A DNA stretch of 64,000 nucleotides from Candidatus Woesearchaeota archaeon (GTDB lineage: Archaea; Nanobdellota; Nanobdellia; Woesearchaeales; 21-14-0-10-32-9). Below, piece after piece: positions 58,771 to 64,000 of this stretch (position 1 is the stretch's first letter; each line of letters begins with the position of its first letter). The DNA lies in NCBI GenBank assembly GCA_021735165.1, contig JAIPHP010000001.1:23510-87509 (forward strand), in the 5' to 3' direction. The translations under genes were made by a program, and so were the position numbers. The notes beneath the pieces are model-generated. The model saw only the letters and a program-made list of their open reading frames with translations. It did no database searches and was not told the origin of the DNA.

Positions 58771-58893
58771 TTTTATACATTTGATTAACATACTCCGAGG
58801 CAGGTATTTATAGTATGACGAACGGGCGGGGCTATACCGGAGTCTCACGTCTTTCGAGGGACTCTTTAATTTTCTTATCTTAATTATTTTAAT

Positions 58894-58935
58894 CAATACA
58901 TTTAGGTGACCACATATTTAAATTTTAAACAATTG
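58894..58935 (-). promoter_or_regulatory. palindromic operator-TATA module GGTGACCAC-N23-GTGGTCACC enclosing TTTAAATAT, duplicate copy at the 3' side of the Fic gene
   Basis: 24-bp TAGGTGACCACATATTTAAATTTT identical to 59862-59885. Confidence 0.45.
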
Positions 58936-58939
58936 GTGG

Positions 58940-59851
58940 TCACTTTATCTTTTTTAGTTGTTTCTTGTACTGTTTTATTAGAAATTGTAATGTTGGTCTT
59001 AATTTATCATTATGTTGATATTCGTAAAGACTTTTGTAGTATTGTGCTCTATCTTCTAAGAGTATGTTTATTGGTGGATAATTATTTTTTATTAAAATAA
59101 AATTTAATAATAGTCTTCCTACTCTTCCATTCCCATCTTGAAATGGGTGCATATCTTCAAATTGATTGTGAATGATTGAGGCAAGTGTTAATGGTTCAAA
59201 TTTAGTTTTATTTTTTTTATACCATTTAATAAACTCATTTAATTCTTTTTGTAGTTCTTTTACAGGAGTTCCTGCGTGGATTATCTCTCCATTTCTTCCT
59301 CGTATAATAACTTCTACTGTTCTAAATTTCCCTGCAAATTCTTTTGAACCTTTAAAACATAATTCATGTAATTTTAAGATTAGATTTAGTGATAAATCTT
59401 GTTTTGTAATTCTAATAAATTTAATTGCTTTTGCTACTCCTTTCGTTTCTATTTCCTCAGCATTTAGATCTTGTTTTTTTTGTAATATTTTAGAGATTTC
59501 TTCTTGTAATACTGTTGATCCTTCTATTGCATTTGTATTATATACGAATTCTTCTGTAAATTGATTCCAGTCTTTTTCATCAAAATGAGTTATTTTTATT
59601 TTTTCAGAATATTTATTTAATGAACTAATTTCTTTATCTGATAATGAAAATTCAAAAATATTTGTTTTCATCAATTCAATTTGTTGGTGGATTATTTCTT
59701 TAGCTTTTTTTTCTTTTAATTTTAATTCTTCTTCTGTTAAATTACTTCCAAGAAATTTTCTTAATTTAGTGACTTTGTTATTTTCATCTCTAAAAGAATG
59801 GACTAAATAATATTTTGTGTTGTTTTTTAGTTTTCTTTTTTCAATGAACAT
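58940..59851 (-). CDS. Fic/Doc-family protein (paralog 1); start placed at internal ATG, the ORF-track start at 59902 is a GTG inside the upstream palindrome
   Basis: HPFQDGNGRVGRLLLNFIL Fic motif; N-terminus MFIEKRKLKNNTKYYLVHSF parallels the paralog MRILKRKNSYYLQHSF. Confidence 0.8.
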   Translation of the reverse strand: MFIEKRKLKNNTKYYLVHSFRDENNKVTKLRKFLGSNLTEEELKLKEKKAKEIIHQQIELMKTNIFEFSLSDKEISSLNKYSEKIKITHFDEKDWNQFTEEFVYNTNAIEGSTVLQEEISKILQKKQDLNAEEIETKGVAKAIKFIRITKQDLSLNLILKLHELCFKGSKEFAGKFRTVEVIIRGRNGEIIHAGTPVKELQKELNEFIKWYKKNKTKFEPLTLASIIHNQFEDMHPFQDGNGRVGRLLLNFILIKNNYPPINILLEDRAQYYKSLYEYQHNDKLRPTLQFLIKQYKKQLKKIK

Positions 59852-59861
59852 AGTAATTAAG

Positions 59862-59903
59862 TAGGTGACCACATATTTAAATTTTGTGTATTTTGTAGTC
59901 ACC
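59862..59903 (-). promoter_or_regulatory. promoter/operator of Fic paralog 1: inverted repeat GGTGACCAC/GTAGTCACC flanking TATA-like TTTAAATAT about 25 bp upstream of the ATG
   Basis: read directly; archaeal TATA consensus and spacing. Confidence 0.5.
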
Positions 59904-60015
59904 TTTTTAATAGATTTTAGGATTGTGTAGTTCCATGCGAGGCCGGGCAGGGCTATTCATTACTTTTTTCTTAATTTTAGAAATATTTATATATTTGTAA
60001 TGGCATTCTATATAA

Positions 60016-60867
60016 ATGAGAATACTAAAGCGCAAAAATTCCTATTATTTACAACATTCATTTAGAAAAAATGGAAAAACCATAACTAAAGAAAAGTACG
60101 TAGGACTTAAAGTTCCTGAAAATATAGATGCTGTTAAAAAAAAATTCTTAGCTGAATGCAGAAAAGAAGCATTTTATGATGTTTTTGAAATAATAAAGGA
60201 TAAATTTAATCAAGAATGGAACCGTTTTCCTCCCTCCATAAAAGAGAAGATGATTCAAGAATTATCAATAAACTTTACATACAATACCAACGCCATAGAA
60301 GGCTCGACAATCAGCGAGGAAGAAACAAGAGATATAGTCGCTCACGGAATTTCGCCTTCAAAACCACTCAGAGACGTTAAAGAAACGGAAAAACACGCAG
60401 TACTTTTCAAAAATATTTTTCAAAAAAAACAAAAAATTACAAAGAAAACCTTAATTGATTGGCACAACAAACTTTTTTCTGAAACAAAACCTGACATCGC
60501 AGGCAAATTCAGAGACTATCTTGTAAGAGTGGGAAGCTACAAAGCACCTGATTGGCAAGATATAAACAAACTACTTGATGAATTCATAAAGTTTCAAAAC
60601 GCCAAAAATAATATTCACGCAGTAGAATTTGCATCAAGAATACACTACCGATTTGAAAAAATTCATCCATTTGGAGATGGAAACGGTAGAATAGGCAGAC
60701 TCATCATGAACGCGATGTTATGGAAAAGAGGCTATCCTGTGCTGATAATAGAATATAAAAAAAGAAAATCTTACTACAAAGCACTACAAAAAGACGAAGA
60801 ATATTTTGTTCAATATTTTATAAGAAGATATTTAGCAGTTCATAAAAAATACTTGAATAAAAAATGA
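60016..60867 (+). CDS. Fic/Doc-family protein (paralog 2)
   Basis: HPFGDGNGRIGRLIMNAML Fic motif. Confidence 0.85.
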   Translation: MRILKRKNSYYLQHSFRKNGKTITKEKYVGLKVPENIDAVKKKFLAECRKEAFYDVFEIIKDKFNQEWNRFPPSIKEKMIQELSINFTYNTNAIEGSTISEEETRDIVAHGISPSKPLRDVKETEKHAVLFKNIFQKKQKITKKTLIDWHNKLFSETKPDIAGKFRDYLVRVGSYKAPDWQDINKLLDEFIKFQNAKNNIHAVEFASRIHYRFEKIHPFGDGNGRIGRLIMNAMLWKRGYPVLIIEYKKRKSYYKALQKDEEYFVQYFIRRYLAVHKKYLNKK

Positions 60868-60904
60868 TTTTTCCTCTCTTTTTGACGTTATTGTCCGTGT
60901 TCCC

Positions 60905-61080
60905 GGGCAGGGCTATATTCCTTTGCGTGACATCAGAGAGCTTTCTTTTTGATGTCTGCAATTTTCTATTTTTAGCCTTTGAAGTTCATGAATTTTGATG
61001 TTTAAGAAAAATCTTGTTAACCTGTAATCTCTTCAAAAAATGTCAAAAAACTGTGTTTTAGGATAGCTCATGCTGAGCTA
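60905..61080 (+). repeat. approximately 175-bp non-coding unit bounded by two core copies (copy 2)
   Basis: homologous to 57388-57564, including CCTTTGCGTGAYATCAGAGAGCTTTCTTTTTGATGTCTGCAATTTTC. Confidence 0.7.
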
Positions 61081-61830
61081 ATATGTTCCATCTTCCCAAA
61101 GTTTATCAAACCATTCAACATAAAATTTGGCTATTTCTTGGTTCTTTATTAAAAATGCTGCATAATATCCTTTTTTCATCACAGTTGTTATTATATAATC
61201 TGAGAATATATCAATATAAACCGGACTTGTCACTGGCAAATATTTTATTTTCATAAGACCTGGTTTTCTTTTTATGTGATCCAATTCTTTTTTTGAATTT
61301 AGCTTCATAAGATATTTTCCTTTTATTCCAAGATTCACTCTTTTTTTGTGGTATTCTTCCCAATATCCGGGCATTGCATCTTGAGCTATCTTGTCTGAGC
61401 CAAAAACTCTGATAATGTCTCCTTTTTTTAGTTCTTTTAAAGAAATATCTCTGGCTGTTTTTACGCCTTCTATACCTTTATATAATTCCGCTTCATCTCT
61501 TTGTCCAGAAAATGATTGTATTATTTCAAGTTGAGAAATTATTTTTTGTGCATCAGATTCCAATGTATTGAGTTCTTTTTTCTTGTATTCTATATAATCT
61601 TGTATTTTTTTTGGATCTGCCGCATTGAAATATTTGGTTTTCCCTTTTGTGATTGATGTTATTAATCCTTTATCGTGTAATTTACTTAATACATGATATA
61701 TTTTTGATCTTGAAACTTTCGCATCATCAATTATAGGCCCTACTGTGGTTGAACCTATTTTTATTGTAGATAAGTATACTTTAATTTCGGCGTCAGTAAG
61801 GCCTAGTTTTTTGAATAACGCTGTTTCCAT
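61078..61830 (-). CDS. TrmB-family transcriptional regulator (paralog 3)
   Basis: N-terminal TrmB HTH (GLTDAEIKVYLSTIKIGSTTVGPIIDDAKVSRSKIYHVLSKLHDKGLI); C-terminal region aligns with the other two paralogs. Confidence 0.7.
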   Translation of the reverse strand: METALFKKLGLTDAEIKVYLSTIKIGSTTVGPIIDDAKVSRSKIYHVLSKLHDKGLITSITKGKTKYFNAADPKKIQDYIEYKKKELNTLESDAQKIISQLEIIQSFSGQRDEAELYKGIEGVKTARDISLKELKKGDIIRVFGSDKIAQDAMPGYWEEYHKKRVNLGIKGKYLMKLNSKKELDHIKRKPGLMKIKYLPVTSPVYIDIFSDYIITTVMKKGYYAAFLIKNQEIAKFYVEWFDKLWEDGTY

Positions 61831-61928
61831 GCTGTTCGTAAATCTATTTTCTATTTATATTTTTCTAATTAGTAGCCCCTCGGTGGGAAGACAATATTTA
61901 AATAATTGTTCTTATTCATCAGTACTAA

Positions 61929-63143
61929 ATGATATCTGAGAATGGCAACTCAAAAATTGTAAGACCTTATACAAAAAAAGATGTATCTCAATTACAAAAT
62001 TCCATTAAGATAGAACATACTATGGCGAATCAGGGTTCAAAAAAATTACATTCGCAATTAAAATCTGAAGGATATGTCAGTGCGCTAGGTGCCCTAACCG
62101 GTAATCAGGCAATTCAACAAGTAGAAGCAGGTCTTAGAGCAATTTATGTTAGTGGGTGGCAAGTTGCTGCTGATGGAAATACTTCTGGGACTATGTATCC
62201 TGACTTGGGATTATATCCCTCAAACAGCATGCCTGCTACCATTAGGGCAATAAATAACGCTCTACTTAGGAAAGATCAAATTGAACCACAAAAAGCAGAT
62301 TGGTTAGTGCCTGTTGTCGCAGATGGAGAAGCTGGGTTTGGAGGAGTACTAAATACATATGAGCTTACAAAAAATATGATTGAAGCTGGCGTAGCAGGAA
62401 TTCATTTAGAAGACCAACTTCCTTCTGCAAGAAAATGTGGCCATCTAGGAGGTAAAGTCCTTATTACACCACAAGAGTTTATAGACAAGCTAGTTGCTGC
62501 AAGATTGGCATCGGACGTATTGGATGTTCCAACGGTTATAATTGCTAGAACGGATGCCTATGGAGCCGAATTCATTACTTATGATGTAGATCCAGATGAC
62601 AAAAAATTTTTGTCAGGTGAACAAACCTATGAGGGATTTTACAAAGTAAAAGGAGGCATCGATCTTGCAATTAAAAGAGCATTAAAATATGCTCCTTACG
62701 CAGATGCCTTGTGGTTTGAAACACCAACTCCCAATTTACATGATGCAAAATTATTTTCAGAAAACATACACAAAAAATATCCTAATAAAGCCCTATTTTA
62801 TAATTGTTCGCCCTCTTTTAATTGGACAAATACAATTAACGTAGAGAACTTCCAAGATGAACTTGGAAAAATGGGGTATAAATTTCAATTTGTAACACTT
62901 GCAGGTTTTCATTCATTAAATAGTTCTATGTTCAATCTTTCCAAAGAATACAAAGAGAGAGGTATGGCTGCATATTCAGAATTACAACATAATGAAATTA
63001 ATTTAGAAGATAAAGGATATTCAGCATTAAAACATCAATCCTTTGTAGGAACAAAATATTATGACAATTTATTAAGAATAATAATGCAAAATAAGTCTTC
63101 AACAAATTCTTTGGATAAATCAACAGAGATAAATCAATTTTAA
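61929..63143 (+). CDS. aceA: isocitrate lyase
   Basis: AIYVSGWQVAADGNTSGTMYPDLGLYPSNSMP (matches AceA core) and catalytic RKCGHLGGK signature K[KR]CGH. Confidence 0.85.
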   Translation: MISENGNSKIVRPYTKKDVSQLQNSIKIEHTMANQGSKKLHSQLKSEGYVSALGALTGNQAIQQVEAGLRAIYVSGWQVAADGNTSGTMYPDLGLYPSNSMPATIRAINNALLRKDQIEPQKADWLVPVVADGEAGFGGVLNTYELTKNMIEAGVAGIHLEDQLPSARKCGHLGGKVLITPQEFIDKLVAARLASDVLDVPTVIIARTDAYGAEFITYDVDPDDKKFLSGEQTYEGFYKVKGGIDLAIKRALKYAPYADALWFETPTPNLHDAKLFSENIHKKYPNKALFYNCSPSFNWTNTINVENFQDELGKMGYKFQFVTLAGFHSLNSSMFNLSKEYKERGMAAYSELQHNEINLEDKGYSALKHQSFVGTKYYDNLLRIIMQNKSSTNSLDKSTEINQF

Positions 63144-63195
63144 AATATTTCTTTAGCTCTGAAATGTCACGCTTTCGTTATTAGAACGGGCAGGG

Positions 63196-63879
63196 CTATA
63201 TCCGTATTCTTTGTAGTGCATTTATGAGGTATCCTGATATTATTATTGCGATTGTTACTATTGCAAAGAATGTTAGTATGAGTTTGAGTTTCATTGCTCG
63301 TCTTAGGATTATTGCTTCTGGGAAGCTTAGTGCTGTTATTGCCATCATGAATGCTAGTGCTGTTCCTAGAGGTATTCCTTTTTCGAAAAGTGCGAGAGCA
63401 ATAGGCACTATTCCTGCGCTGTTTCCGTACATTGGCACTCCTAGTATTACTGCGAGTGGTACTGAGAATATTCCTGTTGAGTTGATTAGTGTTTGTATGA
63501 CTTCTGTTGGTACGTAGTTGTGTATTATTGCTCCTATTCCTACACCTATAAGTATCCAGTACCAGAGTTTTTTAGTTATGTCTTTGGCTTCTTTCAGTCC
63601 ATATTTGATTCTTTGTTTGATATTTGTGAATTTTTCTTCTTTTAGTTTGCTTGATTTTTGAATGTCTTCTACTAAGTGTTTTTCTAAATTCATTTTGCCT
63701 ATTATTATTCCAGAAACAACTCCTATTATTATTCCTATGAGTATGTATGCCAGTGTTATTTTCCATCCGAATGTAGCTAACATAATTATTGCTAGATATT
63801 CATTCACTATTGGCGATGTTATGAGAAAGGACATTGTTATTCCTAGAGGGACTCCTGCTCTTAGAAAGCTCAAAAACAA
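63196..63879 (-). CDS. membrane permease-like protein (possibly N-terminally incomplete in ORF call)
   Basis: multiple TM helices; ORF longer than overlapping + strand ORFs. Confidence 0.45.
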   Translation of the reverse strand: MFLSFLRAGVPLGITMSFLITSPIVNEYLAIIMLATFGWKITLAYILIGIIIGVVSGIIIGKMNLEKHLVEDIQKSSKLKEEKFTNIKQRIKYGLKEAKDITKKLWYWILIGVGIGAIIHNYVPTEVIQTLINSTGIFSVPLAVILGVPMYGNSAGIVPIALALFEKGIPLGTALAFMMAITALSFPEAIILRRAMKLKLILTFFAIVTIAIIISGYLINALQRIRI

Positions 63880-64000
63880 AGGTATTGATGAGCATGAGCA
63901 AAAAGGCGTTATTGCTCCTAGGAGCGCTGCACTTATGTTTCCCAGTCCATATTTTTGTTTGCTTAATCTTTTTTTTATAGTTTCTTGAGATATGTATCTT

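Larger units (their letters stand above)
52561..63200 (+). repeat. array of at least 10 same-orientation copies of the GC-rich core GGGCRGGGCTAT(A) (the tRNA-Gln 3' acceptor end) delimiting cassette-like units
   Basis: cores at 52561, 53008, 54370 (degenerate), 55967, 57388, 57554, 58823, 59945, 60905, 61064 (degenerate), 63188; all on the + strand in an AT-rich background. Confidence 0.8.

Noticed and set aside
52561-63200. GGGCRGGGCTATA copies interpreted as promoters (TATA at the 3' end of the motif)
   Set aside because: Most copies sit between convergent genes or just after stop codons, not 25-30 bp upstream of starts. A GC-rich BRE position is unlike the purine/A-rich BREs seen at real promoters here (for example 9433-9449).
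53008-63200. Additional core copies as extra tRNA genes or tRNA pseudogenes
   Set aside because: Apart from 52423-52571 none has a D-arm, anticodon arm or GGTTCAAATCC T-arm. Only the 12-13-nt acceptor-end core, and in some copies flanking non-tRNA sequence, is shared.
1-64000. CRISPR array
   Set aside because: There are no short direct repeats with regular 30-40 bp spacing. The repeated 13-mer copies are 0.15-2 kb apart and flank genes.
1-64000. Prophage or integrated plasmid
   Set aside because: No capsid, terminase, portal, replication initiator or integrase genes are recognisable. The Fic/TrmB/ATPase genes are arranged as short independent units rather than as a contiguous mobile genome.

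Overview
The window is an AT-rich (roughly 30% GC by eye) archaeal chromosomal segment. Mature coding strands are strongly A-rich, and GGAGG-like Shine-Dalgarno sites precede several genes. Archaeal informational genes are present: Rpo7/RpoE', Spt4, S24e, S27ae, Taw1/TYW1, FtsZ, an archaeal class I FBP aldolase, and a tRNA-Gln with a canonical 37/38 intron. The many small or low-complexity proteins suggest a small-genome (DPANN-like) archaeon, but that is inference.

Gene content in order:
- A type IV pilus-type locus with a VirB11/PilB/FlaI-family ATPase and a TadC/FlaJ-like membrane protein encoded as two ORFs. The two ORFs are separated by an 88-bp duplication carrying a GC-rich hairpin.
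- A three-gene operon on the minus strand: a GCS2-type carboxylate-amine ligase, an ATP-grasp ligase, and a DUF1704 HExxH metallopeptidase. A second DUF1704 paralog with HDxxH lies about 40 kb away.
- An M49-like peptidase, a metallophosphoesterase, a tandem Lrp regulator, and a Zur-ZIP zinc module.
- An AbiEi/AbiEii toxin-antitoxin pair in a small island bounded by copies of a repeat family.
- An rpoE'-spt4-rps24e-rps27ae cluster, ftsZ, a Trm14-like RNA methyltransferase, and sugar-metabolism genes (aldolase, PfkB kinase, PEP-utilising domain protein).
- A 4.8-kb four-gene segment bracketed by ~140-bp inverted repeats.
- A compact Rad50-like ATPase with no Mre11 nearby.

Two repeat systems stand out:
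1. A family of non-autonomous elements 59-291 bp long with conserved ends TGAAAATCGCTGCTCCGAG...CGCTAGCGCGCAATAA. They always sit 3' of ATAA and themselves end in ATAA. This looks like IS200/IS605-derived palindrome-associated elements (PATE-like).
2. Downstream of tRNA-Gln(UUG), an ~11-kb array of at least ten cassette-like units. Each unit is bounded, always in the same orientation, by a GC-rich 12-13-mer GGGCRGGGCTAT(A) that is identical to the tRNA 3' acceptor end. Hybrid flanks suggest site-specific crossover at this core. The units carry three TrmB-family regulators, two Fic proteins, a DUF4143 ATPase, an isocitrate lyase and several hypotheticals. A Zn-ribbon/HTH IS1 InsA-like gene sits just upstream of the tRNA. 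No integrase, CRISPR array or rRNA is seen in the window.
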